A stretch of DNA of 64,000 nucleotides from Lama guanicoe (Eukaryota): the NCBI GenBank assembly GCA_013239625.1, contig MU055922.1, positions 8,150,080-8,214,079 on the forward strand, in the 5' to 3' direction. This document shows positions 41,151 through 54,912 of this stretch, in pieces (within the stretch, counting starts at the first letter, position 1; each line of letters opens with the position of its first letter). The notes beneath the pieces were generated by a model. It saw only the letters and a program-made list of their open reading frames with translations. It searched no databases and was not told where the DNA came from. The position numbers were made by a program, and so were the translations under genes.

Positions 41151-42639
41151 GCCCAGAGTTCATCTTTTTAAAAATTCTTTAAAATAAAATAAATCAATAA
41201 ATAGCCCTCTTTGAAATTTTAAAGGAAAGGACTGACTGTCCAGAGTGGTTCTGATATAATCCTATATAGAGAAAGGAGAAGTACCAGATGCTTTCTCTGG
41301 CTCCTTTCTAGTTTACCGACTCAACCCGGTTTACTATCTACCTGCTGATGTGTCACTCAGAGCACACCGAATAGGAGAATTTGAGCCTGTACAGCTCAGA
41401 ACTGCACTGGACAGGCAAACAACCACATACCAATGAAACATCAGTCTAAGGAAAGCTGCTTTATAACTTAAGTCTTAATATAACAGTAAGATCTCAAAAA
41501 TTTACAAACACTTGGACACAAAATGGGAGGCAGACAGTGTCTTCACCAAAAGAGGCCAACATATGTAGTCTTTCACATGGTATCTCTGCCACCTGACTGT
41601 GGGCTCAACCAGGAAGTAGTCACGAACAATACATTTAAATGGGCTTTTTAAGTTAAATATTAGCAAAGCCTTCTGGTATAAAATAGGAGTCATCTTTTTG
41701 CTGCTTACGGTGCCTAGGGGATTGACAGCAAGTAGTAAACACACATCTAAGTACTATCAGTTTATTTTCTAATTCACTGAGATGGCTACATTTTACCAAT
41801 TAATCAGAATCTTTCACACCTTTAGGCAAAGAGCAGAACAGAGCTATATATGGTATACAGATAAAAACTCCCTGCCTTCCTCCTTCCCTCATGAATACTC
41901 CAGTTGGCTGAGACAACTAATTCTGGTTCAGCACAGCTGAGTAAGACGCGTGACAATAGCTGCCTGCCTTAATCTCTCTCTTTTTAAAAAAAGTGTAAGT
42001 CTTGGCGTGACTGAAGCAAGCTTTGATTTGGCTCAAAGCTCTGGCTTCTATTAAGCTTGAAAAGCCTCACAAAGAAAATCTCTGAAAGAGGATCAGTGAA
42101 AACTATATTAACTGTTAGAAGCCATAAGAAATGACCTCACTTATTCAAAGAATTCAAAGCTAGGCTTAGAACGAGAATATCAGAATATCAATCTTACCAT
42201 TAGCGCTAGGGATTCTGAATTTTATTCTTAAAATAGAATGCGAAAGACATCCCATCAGCCCTCTCCTTTAAAAGAAATGGGAAACGTTCATCACATAAGA
42301 AAATACTGAGTTTCGCTGGACACATTCATTCCCACTACCCAGAGCCCAGCCAGAGGAGGTACCAGAGTCCTGTGAAGTGCCCTGAGAATAAACAAAACTA
42401 TGCATTAAGAGCATCCACGTTGCTTACTTTATCTCTCTGCCTTAAAAGAGGGGACGATATTGAGATGATCTTTCAAATGTTTCTGGCTAAAACAAAATCA
42501 AAACAACAAAACCTCACTAAAATTGGGGGTTAAAAAAAAACCCAAACTATTCCTCACATGGTAGGTTGGAAACAGATAAACTCCTTTACTTTGACTTTGG
42601 TGGTTTCATATTTATCTGAATTTCAAAAATGCACCCGCT

Positions 42640-43195
42640 ATTAGATTCTTGGTATTTTTAGTAGGTATGATACCCATACTTGGTTATAATTTTAAAGTTC
42701 TTAACTGTTAAAATATATACTTAAATACTGATGAGTGAAATGATATGTTTGAAATTTTTATTTAATTCCCCAGCAAAGAAAAAAAAAAAAAGCTGAAGGA
42801 GAAATGAAAAAAGAAAAGCAAGGAGACTGATGGGTTACTGAAGCTGGGTAACGGGCACATGAATATTCATGGTATTCTTCTCCCTACTTTTGTGTGTGTT
42901 TAATAATTTCCGTCAAATAAATGAATGTATATGCAAAACAGACTCACAGATCGAGAAAACAAAACTAGCGTTTGCCAGAGGGGAGTTGGGGAGGGGCAAG
43001 TTAGGGGTACGGGATTAAGAGATACAAACGACTATGTATAAAATAGATAATAAGGAGGTACTATATAGCCCAGGGAATTATAGCCATCATCTTAAATAAT
43101 TTTTAATGGTGTATAATCTGTAAAAATACTGAATCACTGTTGTACACCTCAAACTAATATTGTAAATCAACTATATTTCAATAAAAAATTATGAA
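42640..43195 (+). mobile_element. Old L1M 3' end followed by a younger L1 3' end (42930-43195)
   Basis: tgaagctgggtaacgggcacatg..., then aaacagactcacagat...gtaaatcaactatatttcaataaaaaa. Confidence 0.8.
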
Positions 43196-43713
43196 CAAAA
43201 ATTTTTAAGTAAAAAGCTATTTTTAGTGCATTCATTATTAAAGTTTTTGTGTATAATTATGGCAATGACACAATAGATTTTGGTCTGGATTTAAGTCCTT
43301 TCCATTAAAAACTGGTTTAGAAATCTAACTTTCCTTGATGTCCCAACCACTTAATATTATAATTAGAGATATTTAACAGCTATAGTCAACCTCAAATAGA
43401 ACAAAACTAATTTTCCACCGCATTCAGATATACCATGGGGGCAAACATTTAATGAAAGTCCGACACACAGGCTTATAAAGTAAGCTGGTCCTATTTCCTA
43501 GTGCCCATGTTGTAAACGACTCAACTATAAATGGATTCCGTTATATTTCAACTTCCGGGTCATAGTTCTCTGGGACGCATTTTTCTTTATCTCCTCCTCA
43601 ATGTGGAAAATGAAGAAAATAAATGCCAAGTAAATCATCACTCAGCAATGACAAAATCAAGCTCACTAAATTTTGCTTTATCATCAATAGTAATTTACAC
43701 ATTTCCTAAATTT

Positions 43714-43867
43714 TTTTAACTTTTTCTTTCTTTTTAATTTTTTTTTTGGTGGGGGGAGTTAGGTTGCTTTGTTTGTTTGTTTTTAATGGAGGCACTGGGG
43801 ATTGAACCCAGGACCTCGAGCATGCTAAGTAAGCATGCACTCTACCACTGAGCAATACCCTCCCCCT
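43714..43867 (-). mobile_element. tRNA-Ala-derived camelid SINE (Vic-1 type)
   Basis: Minus strand GGGGAGGGTATTGCTCAGTGGTAGAG...GGTTCAATCCCCAGTGCCTCCA (A and B boxes), A-rich tail, TSD atttcct(a/g)aattt. Confidence 0.9.
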
Positions 43868-44689
43868 ATTTCCTGAATTTATAACTTCTAATCTAATCAA
43901 AGCACAAAAACTTGTCATGTTTTTTTAAACTAATCAGAGGAACAGAAACCTTTTCAATACTGACAGTGGGGGACAGAAAGAGAGCAATAAGTAAAACAGG
44001 AGAGTGGTTTCTCAGACAGTTTCTCCCCAGCACCCCATCCTCAATCACTTCCAAGTATTCTCTTGTTCACTGAACACAAGTGTTAAAACCCCAGTAAGCA
44101 GCAGACTTCCTTTACAAGGTGGAGATCACGGTGGAAAACAAGAGGAGAATTAGGATAAGTATAAAAAAAACACTGCTATATTTGTTTACAAGTTTGTATC
44201 CCCCACCAGCCAGCCAGACTCTCCAGGCTGCGGACATGCTCTACTAGTTCCAGGGCTAGCACTGAGCATGTATACAGCAGGCACTCAATAAGTATTTATC
44301 AACCAAATGCGTACATGAATTTAAAAGAAAATAAAATCTCCAAAAAGAGGGAAGGGACATTACAGAAAAGGTTCTCAATAAAGACAGAAAGAAAAATGGC
44401 AACAAAGTTGCAAGATACTGCAGACGAATCTGTTTCAATCAGCCAATCATTACACAATCATCGCCAGCACTTCTGGAGTTCCCGAAGGTTCTACTCAGGG
44501 CTCAAGGGAGATAATGAAATTAATAGTCATCGTTAAATCTTTATAGGCTTTTTGCTTATATTATTTTCCTTCTGGAATAACCCATTTTTCCTTTATCTCA
44601 ATTAGTGCCTGTCTCTTTCTTTGTTCATCTACCCAATACCTAAGTGAATAAGACCATAAATTGTCAAAGAATTGATGAAGAGCTGTATT

Positions 44690-45185
44690 GGGCACAAATC
44701 AAGGCAAGTATCACAGAGGTAGGTAAGGCCTGGGCCTAGAAAAATAAGTGCTTAACAAATCGACAAAGGGAGGTACACTGAGAAAGGCCCCAGGGAATGA
44801 CCGATTTGAGGGGAATCAGTGGGAAGTAGGGTGTAATGCGAAGGGGCCGCAAGGCTGGAAAAGGGCCAGATCCTGAAGGGCCTGTATTATAGGAGTTCAG
44901 GTTTCTAGAGACTTTGAATTAGGGCATCACCGAAGGATTTTAAACATGGGAATTTTATGCTCTGGCAGAAATACGGAGAATGATTAGGAAATGAGAAAGG
45001 AATCAAGAGGTGAGGACAAATGTTAAGAAGCCAGAAATGAACAGAACTCGGCCACTGAGTAGGCATGAGCAATGCCTAGACAAGTTTCTGAGTTTTTTGG
45101 CTGGAGGGTACCATTCTTTGAAACACAGAAGTGAGGGGGAAGAACAGGTTTGGAGGATAAGTTCAGTTTTACATTTTGGATTTAG
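44690..45185 (-). mobile_element. L2 fragment
   Basis: ggaggataagttcagttttacatttt and related motifs. Confidence 0.55.
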
Positions 45186-46495
45186 AACCACATCATTTTA
45201 CTAATTATTTAAAATATTATTAAATAAGATGAAATTGTACTGTAATTCACATATTGGAGGAGAAAAATTATAATCATCCAAACAGATGTACAAAAAACAG
45301 ATAAAATTAAACACCTATTAATAATTTACCAAAAAACCGCTTAAATTAGTAACAGAAAGGACTGTTTTAAACCCAGCAGAAGCTATCAACCCCAAACTAG
45401 AGTAAACATAATACTTAATGATGAAAACTTAGAAACATTTCCTTTAAAATCAGAAGCAAGACAAGGATGCTTATTGCCATGGCTATTTTAACAGTTACTG
45501 GAAGTTCTTACTGATGCAATAAAAAGGGAGAAAGTAAATACAGGGTTTAGAAATTAGAAAGGTTTACAAGGTTTAGAAATTAGAAAGTTATAAAACTATC
45601 ATTTTTTACAGACGATTGTTATCATTTAATTAGAAGCAACTAAAATAATCTATGGATAAAAGAATAAAACCAGTTACAGACTTCAACAAGTCTGTTAGAC
45701 TCAAAGTCAATCTACAAAATCAATAGTATGTCTATCAACTAGCAACAACCAATTAAAAAGCATAAATAAAAATAAAGCCTGTTCATTCTTGCCACAGAAA
45801 TGAAAAGGTCTCTGGGAATAAATCTAACAAAAAAAACCTCTGTGGGAAAAATTTTAGATTTTGTTAAAGAACTTAAAAGAGGATCTAAATACAATAGGTG
45901 GGAAGATTTAACAGCATTCACATATCAACCCTTCCAAACACAATTACATTTAAAATCCCAAAAGATTTGTTTATATAAGCCTTGATAAGCTGACCAAAAA
46001 GTATTCACACTGAAGAGCAAAGGACCAACAATTGTCAAATTTTAAAGAAAGATAATGGGAAAGGCATATGCCCCTCTTAGATGTCAAAGATTTATAATAA
46101 GTTTTATTAATTAAAACTGTGTCTTGACAGCTCAGAGATAGACACATAGACCAATGGAACAGAATTAAAGAGCCCCAAAACAGGCCCATGTATATATGGG
46201 ACTTGCTATAAAATTAAGATGGTGTTGTTATAAATCAGTGGGGAAGAGATGGGTTAGTAAATAATTGAAGATCAGATAACCTGTCTATTAAAAAGACAGA
46301 AAAAAAAAACACTCGATTCCCTACTTCAAACTATAGGAAAAAAAATTTACATAGATGAACTAATACATAGATGAGAAAAACAAATATTTTTAAAACTTTA
46401 CGTAGAACGCTATCATCTCCATGAAAATCTATTTTAATAAATTGCTTTTAAAAAGTGCCTGGCACACAGTAAATACTGAATAAGTATTAACTGTC

Positions 46496-46496
<1 letters not shown>

Positions 46497-46531
<35 letters not shown>
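46497..46531. repeat. (CAT)11 microsatellite
   Basis: Direct run; it produces the poly-D in spurious ORF 46487..46768. Confidence 0.95.
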
Positions 46532-46594
46532 TATGACTGCTGGGTAAGGAAGAAATGTAAAGTAAAAAGCCAAAAGCACAAATCTTAAAAAAAA

Positions 46595-47097
46595 CAGAAA
46601 CCACACGCCATACCACGGTCTACAAGGCTCTACCCCATCTGGGTCTCCCTCTTTCCCCATTTCCCTCTCTGGTCCCCTCACCAGGCTGCAGCCTCTACTG
46701 TTCCCCAAGTACACGGGGCACACTCCTGCCCCAGTCTTTTCACGGGCTATCCCCTCTCCTGTCAACATCCTCCCTCCTACGCAGCCGTGTGGTCACTCCT
46801 TTGTGCCCGTCAAGGCTTTGGCCAAATGTACCTTTTCAGAGAAATCGACCCTGACTGCCCTCTCTAGCCCTGCGCCCCTGCCAGCACTACTGAACTCCCT
46901 GACCTTGTTCTGTTTTTCCCGTAATACCCATCATCTTCTAACATACTGTACAGTTTTACTTAGTTACTGTGTTTAGTACGTATCTTCACGTAAACCTGAG
47001 CTTTACGTTTTGTCTCCCCGTGTGCTATCATATTCCTGGAGTTTAACAGTATCTGGCACATAGTAAATACTCATTAAACAGCGAATGAATGAATGAA
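46595..47097 (+). mobile_element. L2 3' end
   Basis: tctggcacatagtaaatactcattaa...gaatgaatgaatgaa tail. Confidence 0.85.
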
Positions 47098-48119
47098 GAT
47101 GGATAAATCTAACTCACTAAAATGAAAAACTTTGGTAAACACAAACAGAAAGTTCACAGATAAGAAAAAAACTGAAAGATGTAACAATAAACAAGTATAA
47201 CAAATGTAACCAATAAAGGATCAATATATAAATACCTATATAAGCCAGTAGAAGAAAAGGCAACCCACTAAGTTAATGAGCACATCACATGAACAGGCAA
47301 TTCAAAGAAACCGAGACCCATCAAACACAGGAAGAGAGGCACCATCTCACTGGTCATCAGGGAAAGGAGGAAACCACAATGGGAGAGCTCTTTTTTCCTT
47401 TCTAACCGCTCCCCATTCCCTTAATCAAGATATAACTGACACATAACACTGTGTAAATTTAAGGTGTACAGAGATAACATTTCACTTACAAATATAAAAC
47501 TGTCAAAAATTAGAAAGCCTAGAGATACCAAATGCAAATGATGACATGGGTTAAGGCAAATTCAGACAGTGCTGCTGAAGTATCCACCGGTGTAACCACG
47601 TTTGAGAACAAGTGGGCAGTAGCTCTCATAGAAGCTGTGCATATCCTACAGTCCACCAAGTCCGTTTTGCAGTATCCACCCTGGAAAAACTCTCGATCAG
47701 GTGCACAAAGATATATATACACAAATGTTTGGGGGAATATTGTCTGTAATAGTAAAAACTGGAAATAATTAAATGTAAGTAAGAGAATAAGCCAACTGTG
47801 TTACAGTTGTACAATGAATTGCTCACCCCAAAACCAAGACTGAATGGAAAACATAAGTTTAAAAAGGGTAAGTACAGTATAAAATTACTTCTGTAAAACA
47901 AGTACAAATACATACAAAACAGCATTTATTACTTATGAAGAAGCAGTATAGCATAGCGCACAGAGGTTCTGGAGCCAGGCTGCCGGGGTAGGAATCCTGG
48001 TCCTCCCACATGAATCCTATGTGACCTTGAGAAAGTCACCTCTCTGTGTCTCAGTTTCATCATTTGAAAATAAGAATAATAACTGTACACAGGACATTAT
48101 GATTAAAGCAGTTTATACC

Positions 48120-48555
48120 TGCAATGGTTAATGTTATGTGTCAGTTTGGTAGACCATGGTGTCCAGATGTTTGGTCAAACACCAATGCAGATGTTACTAT
48201 GAGATTAACATTTAACTCAGTAGACTCTGACTAGAGCAGATTACTCCCAGTGTGGGTGGGCCTCATCCAATCAGTTGAAGGCCTAAGGATAAAGACCCAG
48301 GTTTTTTGAAAGAGAAAGAATTTTCCTCAAGACTGCAACATAGAAATCCTAATCAAGTTACCAGCCTGCTGCCCTGCAGACTTTGAATTCAGGACTGCAA
48401 CATCAACTCTTGCCTCAATTTCCATCCTGCCAGTCTGCCCTACGGATTTCAGGCTTGCCAGCCCCCACAATCACACAAGATAATTCTTTAAAATAAATCT
48501 CTCTCCTGCTTTCTCTCTATTGATTTTATTTCTCTGTAGAACTCTGACTAATACG
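48120..48555 (+). mobile_element. MLT2 (ERVL) LTR nested in a MIR (MIR halves about 47942-48119 and 48556-48620)
   Basis: atggttaatgttatgtgtca...gtgggtgggcctcatccaatcagttgaaggcc...ctgactaatac. Confidence 0.9.
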
Positions 48556-48856
48556 ATAAATGTCAAGTGCTTGAAATAGTGCCTGATCCACAGTAAGTGC
48601 CACATAACTGTTAGTTCTTATTCTATGCAATGTATTAAAAGAATTAAAAAGTTAAAGGGATGAATACACACCCATTTTAGGATAGCAGAAATCTCTGGAA
48701 GAAGGGAAGATAAAGCGATTGAAAGAAAATGAGTGTTTAACTATATCTGCATTCTTAAAATATGATCTCAAATAAAAATGGCAAAACATTAATATCTGGA
48801 TTTAGTTGGGTCACAAATACATCGATACTTATTATACAACTATAATGGTTTTGAGC

Positions 48857-49078
48857 TACAATTGACTGTTGAACATGAGTTTGAACTGTGCAGGTCCACT
48901 TATTCACAGATTTTTTCCTACAGTAAATACCACAGGACTACATGATCATGCTGGTTGAGTCCATGGATGCCCAACCACACCTTCGGAAGAACCACGTAAA
49001 TGGAGACATACCTCGATTCTCGACTGCCCAGAGGGTCTGGTGTCCCTAACCCCCATGTTGTTCACGGGTCAACTACAG
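48857..49078. mobile_element. Tigger2/MER8-family MITE
   Basis: Inverted ends caattgactgttgaaca / tgttcacgggtcaacta. Confidence 0.8.
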
Positions 49079-50129
49079 TTCATAATGTTTTTTTAAGCGT
49101 GCAAAGTCGAGACAATATAAACTCTTCATTTATGGAGTGTGTAAGGGAAGGAGAGAGAGAGGTGATTTCAGTACAAGGGGTCCAAGAACTTTCTGACTGG
49201 CTTCTCTTGACAAGGGAAAGATAATGTCTTCTGGGTTTAAAGGAAGTCACTAGAAACGAAGTTGAAACTGTGAAGTTGAAACTGTACGCCAATTGAGATG
49301 ACTCCTTGCTGAGAGGCCCTGGGGGAGATGGGAAGGGATCAGACTGGGAACAAGACGGAAAGAATTAATGCTGAACAGCAGGGGGACAAATCTTTTCCTG
49401 AGCCTGGAGAAAATAAGGTAAGTTTAGGAGTAGAAAAATGTACCGAGCAGAATCTAATTACCCTACATTTTCTGGAAAGAAGGAAGCAAGGTCATTACTT
49501 GCAGCTCCCCACAAATGCCATTTCTTTCATAAAGTCCTCCCTCCTGATTCTGCAATGACAGATGTTCCTTCCCCTTTTCCAGCTTTCTGAAGTATTTTGT
49601 GCCTGTTTGATCAAACTGACTGGACTGTCCTATAATTTGAAAGTGAACCCCTTAGAAGCCTTAGGTACCTCTGACCTAGGTGTGATAGCTCAGTCCTATT
49701 TCTATCTCCCAGTGGAACCAATATGCAATGTAAGTTTTAACTAAATGCTTTTTTGATTAACTCTTAGAGGTGACAAAGTCTACAATTAAGCAACTGACTT
49801 CTAAATCTTTGTTGATGCTGTATACTCAAATGATTAACATTATTATGTAATTTGACAACATATCATTTATCTAGGCATGGCACTAAGGGTAAGGCTCTGA
49901 GCTTTTGTTTACTGGGAAGATTCTAGCAGAATTCAGGACTGTGAAAATCATGGAGAGGTACTATATACTTAAATAAGCCAACTCTTTAAAACCTGTCATT
50001 GCCTTTGAAACAACAGCCAACCAGGCAAAAGGCTCCATATGCACTTGACATCGTTTTAACTATTCTGCAAACCATCAGCCTAAAAGGTGATTTCGGTTGT
50101 TTCTAATATCCAAACACCCAACAGATAGT

Positions 50130-50360
50130 AGTAATGATAATGATGGCTAGCATTTACAGAGCCTTTCCTATGCTGCTCTAAGTATACAACATGTTTTACC
50201 CTATTTAATTCTTACAACTTTACAGACATATTCTATTATTATCCAAATTTTACCAAAGACTGAAGTACAGGGTTCAGTTGATTTGTCTAAAGTCACACAG
50301 ATGGTAAGTGGCACAGAAAAGTTTGAACTGAGACAGAGCCCATACTTTTAACAACCACAG
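50130..50360 (-). mobile_element. MIR SINE
   Basis: gatttgtctaaagtcacacagatggtaagtggca. Confidence 0.7.
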
Positions 50361-50427
50361 TGAATTTCTTCACCAAAAAATGAAATTTTAGTATATTTGA
50401 GATGGAAATTATATGCAAGTGTTCCAG

Positions 50428-50682
50428 ATTTTTTCAACTGAAGTATACTCAGTTACAATGTGTCCATTTCTGGTGTACAGCATGTTTCAGTCATACTTAT
50501 ACATACATATATTTGTTTTCATAATCATTTTCATTATAGGTTACTACAAAATATTAAATATAATTCCCTGTGCTGTACAGAAGAAATCTGTTTTTTATAT
50601 ATTTTATATATGGTAGTATTTGCACATCTCCAACTCCCAATTTATCCCTTCCCACCCCCTTTCCTCTCAGTAACCAACAGTT
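50428..50682 (-). mobile_element. Young L1 3' end
   Basis: Reverse-complement homolog of the elements at 9004 and 39444. Confidence 0.88.
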
Positions 50683-51129
50683 TTAGGATAATGTCTGATT
50701 TTTCAGTTAGAGGAGACCAGGAAATCTCACAAAATGATCAAAAACCTGGTCCTTATTCAGAAACATCTCTCTCACAGTACATGAGTAGGTCATGTTCTTA
50801 AATTCCATGGTGAGAAAGCAGTGCTGGGAGAGAGAGCCAGTACCCAAAGAACATGTCAGGAAAAGAAATAGTTTAAAAATTGAAGGGCAGAGTGAATGGC
50901 TCCAAATAGCACTTAAGTATTGAAAAGAAGTGTCCTTTCCCATATTGATTTCAATAGTGTTTTAACAGTGGAGCTGAGAGGATAAATACAATAGCTAAAT
51001 CTGAAAATCACAATTCCATCTACATGCCTTTAGTGCCCGCCTGCAACAAACATTGTATTACATTACATTTTACTAACCAGAGAAGGTTCAAAAGGATGCT
51101 TCTTTGGAAAGCTTATTGGAGAGGCAAGA

Positions 51130-51278
51130 CATATATATATATATATATATAGGCATATCTCACAGATAAAGCGAATATTGCAGTAAAACAAATATACATA
51201 TATATTTACACACACGCATATATACATACACACACATACATATATATATGCACACACATATATACACATATACACAGA
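51130..51278. repeat. Compound (TA)n/(CA)n microsatellite
   Basis: Direct runs. Confidence 0.9.
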
Positions 51279-51669
51279 TATTATAACAAGAAATTCAGAC
51301 AACGAATTACAGTAAAGTAATAAATACATGGTTCAGAGAATAAAGCAACCTTGATGAAGTCTAATTTCTAGCGTATTTGAACAGTTTTTAGCAGTTGATA
51401 ACTAGTTGTATAACACGAAAGATTTTCGTGTTGATTTCTGGATTAATCGATTGACTGATTTAGAGCAGTTCAAGTTCTTTATTTCAATTTACTCTTGAAG
51501 TAGCTGTAAAACAGGGTAAAGTGTTTTAAAAAATAACAGTGCAAATACGTGGTTGTAGTGACCAGCCTTCCTTTGTGCCTCGTGGAGGCTCAAACTGCAC
51601 TCTTGGCAGCCCACATGGTTTGAGATGTTCATTAGGTGAAAGAGGCCAAGAATGATGGTATTACTGTCC

Positions 51670-52181
51670 TTTTTCATTGAAGTATAATCGACTTAACAAT
51701 GTTGTGTTAATTGTTGGTATACAGCAGTGATTCAGTTATATGTATATATATTCCTTTTCATATTTTTTCCATTGTAGGCTATTATAAGGTATTGAATATA
51801 GTTCCCTGCACTATCCAGTAGGACCTTGTTGTCTATTTTGTATATAGCAGTTAGTATCTGCAAATCTCAAACTCTCGATTTTTCCTTCTCCCCTCCGCAG
51901 TAACCATAATTTTGTTTTCTATGTCTATGAATCTGTTTGTTTTATAAATAAGCTCATTAGTGTCATTTTTTTAGATTCCACATATAAGTGATATCATTTG
52001 GTATTTTTCTTTCTCTTCCTGGCTTACTTCACTTAGCACAACAATCTCCAGGTCCATCCATAGTACTGCAAATGGCATTTCTATTCTTTTTTATGGCTGA
52101 GTAGTATTTCATTCCATATACATATATAGACCACAACTTCTTTACCCATTCATTTGTCAGTGGACATTTAGGTTGCTTCCA
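51670..52181 (-). mobile_element. L1 3' end with TSD
   Basis: ttgaagtataatcgactta...ttagattccacatataagtgatatcat...ggacatttaggttgcttcca; flanks ttactgtc. Confidence 0.9.
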
Positions 52182-53639
52182 TTTACTGTCTTTTATGTCC
52201 CAGCCACATCAGCACCCAGAAGCAACTTAACTTCATCATGCAACAGTAATTTTGCTACTTAGGAAATTCAATATTTAAGCACAGGGCTTTGAAATTCTTG
52301 TTATGCTTTGGAAGAGTTGTCCCTATACTGTCTCTGATTTTTTCCTATTTACTCTTAAACTCACTCTAATCTAGCTTTTGTCCCCAACCTTCTATCAGAA
52401 TTCTTTTCAAGATCTTCAATGAACTCCACATTGATAAGGCCTCTATCTGTCCACATCTTATTTGTGATATCTGCAGGACACCACATAATATATCACTCCA
52501 TCCTCCTTGATACACTGTCTTCATTTAGCTTCCAGGATATGGGTGCTGTTTATACTTCATTTGCTCTTCCAGAGTCATCCTTTACCTTTCCCCATTCCTG
52601 CTTTCGGCAGCATGTGGTGACCTGTGTGGCTGATGTCAGTAGGTTCCTGTGCCATCTGCCGTCTAGTGGCATCCAGTCAGTGGGAAGCCCCGGCTTACCT
52701 GCACCCCCATCTCTCTCACCCTGCCTTCCAAGCCTGGCTCCACCACCTCTGCCTGTTCTCTGTCTCTCGTCTTCTCTCCACCTCTCTTGCAGACTTCCTA
52801 TATTTCTCCTTCCAGGATTCCATAAGGATCATATAAAAGAGACGCTTGGCTGGGAGAACATACAAGTGAAGTCCTCACATACAAAACAGTCAGAAGCAAA
52901 CAGGAAACCCACTAGTAGTGGGCAGTGGGTGATGATGAAGTCCTGGTATGCTACAGCATCCCAGTAACTTGAGTCTCTCACCAGTCACTAATGATGACTT
53001 GACACAATCTTGGTGATTCTGCCTGCTGATCTGCTGAAGGTTGATAATAATACCCACATGTGGGTCTGATGTAAGAAACCGCAGTGATGTATGTACAGTG
53101 CTTCACACTGCATTAGGACCAGCCATCAATCAATGAACGGAGCTGTTGCTCCCTGTATTCTCGACCTTTAATGAAGTGCCAGGTATATTTGCTTTTTCCT
53201 TCTCCTTTGTGCTTTCGTCTAGTTTCACCTGTTCAAAACGTGCAGAGGCCTGGCACCTGGCCCTTCAGACCTGAGTTCCTTGTGTGAAACCTGGATTACT
53301 TTTAAATAATCCTAATTAAGCCATGAAATTTGCAGAAAATAATCTCCTTAAGGGCTATTAATGCGTTCATCTTCCAAAGAGGAAAGTACTCTCGTTTTAT
53401 CGTATAGGTAAGAGTATGTCTGAGAGGCGGGATTTTTACCCTGAAGAACTGTACATCTTTATTATATGCCTCAGTCAGTGATAATGGTGAGTTTGCAGAG
53501 CCATATATAAACAAATGAAACTAATATAGCTAGAGAAGAAATCAGTTATTATGGATTTTGCTGACACTATCTTTGTAGGGGAGAAGATAATCCGAAAGCA
53601 TGAAATTTAGGCAGATAAAAACATTTATCATCACAAGAA

Positions 53640-53757
53640 AAAAACTGTGCATATGTGTAGTGATGGATGTTAACGTATTTGCAATATATACATGTTTCAA
53701 ATCATTAACCCAAAATGAACACAACGTTATATGTCAATATTATTTCAATTAAAAAAG
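53640..53757 (+). mobile_element. L1 3' end
   Basis: gatggatgttaac...acgttatatgtcaatattatttcaattaaaaaa. Confidence 0.7.
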
Positions 53758-53817
53758 AACAGAGTGATCAATTAAAAAACAACACACACATACATTAGTG
53801 TAGTGTTACTAATGGTA

Positions 53818-54190
53818 ACGTTAGTTCGCTTGGGCTGCCATAACAAAACACCACCGTGTGGCTTACATAATAGAAGTTTATTTGCTCACAGTTCTTGATG
53901 TTAGAAGTCTGGGATCAAGGTGTCAGGAGAGTGGCTTCTTCTGACTTGTAGACAGTCATCTGCTCTCTGTCTTCACATGGTCTTCACTCTGTGTCTGCTG
54001 TCTGTGTCCTAGTCTCCTCTTCGGATAAGGGCACCAGTCATACCGGATTAGGGCCCACTCCAAAGACCTCATTTAACCTTAGTTACCTCTTTAAAGACTT
54101 CAGCCACATTCTGAGGCACCTGGGGCTGGTTAGGACTTCAACGTGTGCATTCGAGGGGGAAGGGAGAGAAACACAATTCAGCCCATAACA
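53818..54190 (-). mobile_element. MLT1A-type MaLR LTR, followed by a MIR (about 54191-54390)
   Basis: gggctgccataacaaaacacca...ggattagggcccac...cacaattcagcccataaca. Confidence 0.88.
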
Positions 54191-54579
54191 GCGGTTAAGC
54201 CACAAACTTCGGAGTTAGATCTGTTCTGAGTCACAGTTTAGCCACTCATCAGCATTAGAACCTGGACAAGTTGCTTAATCTTTCTAAGTCCGGGTTTCTG
54301 CATAAGATTCTTGTGAAGAATAAATGAGATAATCCACAAAACTGTTTGTGGACTAATGCCTAGCATACAGTATGCACTCCACAAATGACAGTTTTAATGT
54401 CCTGGTAACCTCAGACACACAACTCTACTTCCTTGGTACTTAATACTTTTCATATATCTGACTTTTTAGATCTTTTTTTTTTATTCCACTAAAATCTTTT
54501 AATCATCTTATAAGATAAAAACCTTGTTCTTGGTAAACACTAGTTCCTGGAGCCCTGGTCTTCCAGGTAAGATACTCAG

Positions 54580-54912
54580 GTTGCCATGCTGTGAAGCAGC
54601 CCAAATCTTCTGGAGAAGCCAAAGAAGGTGTTTCCTTCAATAATCCCAGCTGAGCCCTATGTTTGAATCATCCCATTCCAGGTACTCAACACAAGAATGA
54701 AGAACTCGATTCTGATCTGTTCTGACCCCAAGTCTTTCAAGTCATCTCTGTTTGAGTCTTTCCCAGTAAGGTCCCAAGTGCTCTGCAGTAAAGTCATGTC
54801 CACTATGACCTGTCTGAATTCTTGACACACAGAATCTGTTAGCATAATGGTCATTGTTTTAAAATATGACTGATATGCTTAAGATATGTTTGCAATAGAT
54901 ACACTAGAACTG
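54580..54912 (+). mobile_element. Old MLT1 MaLR LTR
   Basis: gccatgctgtgaag...gaattcttgacacacagaatc...ttgttttaa. Confidence 0.65.

Larger units (their letters stand above)
45210..47935 (+). mobile_element. Old L1M ORF2/3' relic, interrupted by L2 and small inserts
   Basis: Degenerate ORF2 motifs (aaatcagaagcaagacaaggatgc, atagaccaatggaacagaat) with many stops. Confidence 0.8.

Noticed and set aside
43785-43866. tRNA-Ala-like sequence (also at 60414-60490)
   Set aside because: It has an A-rich tail, TSDs and disrupted arms, so it is a SINE head rather than a tRNA gene.
45210-46420. Possible active reverse transcriptase gene
   Set aside because: Heavily decayed L1 ORF2 with many stops and frameshifts.
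52419-52967. Longest ORF in the track (182 aa, + strand)
   Set aside because: Non-ATG start, low-complexity Leu/Ser/Pro content, overlaps decayed repeat sequence, and has no recognisable domain.
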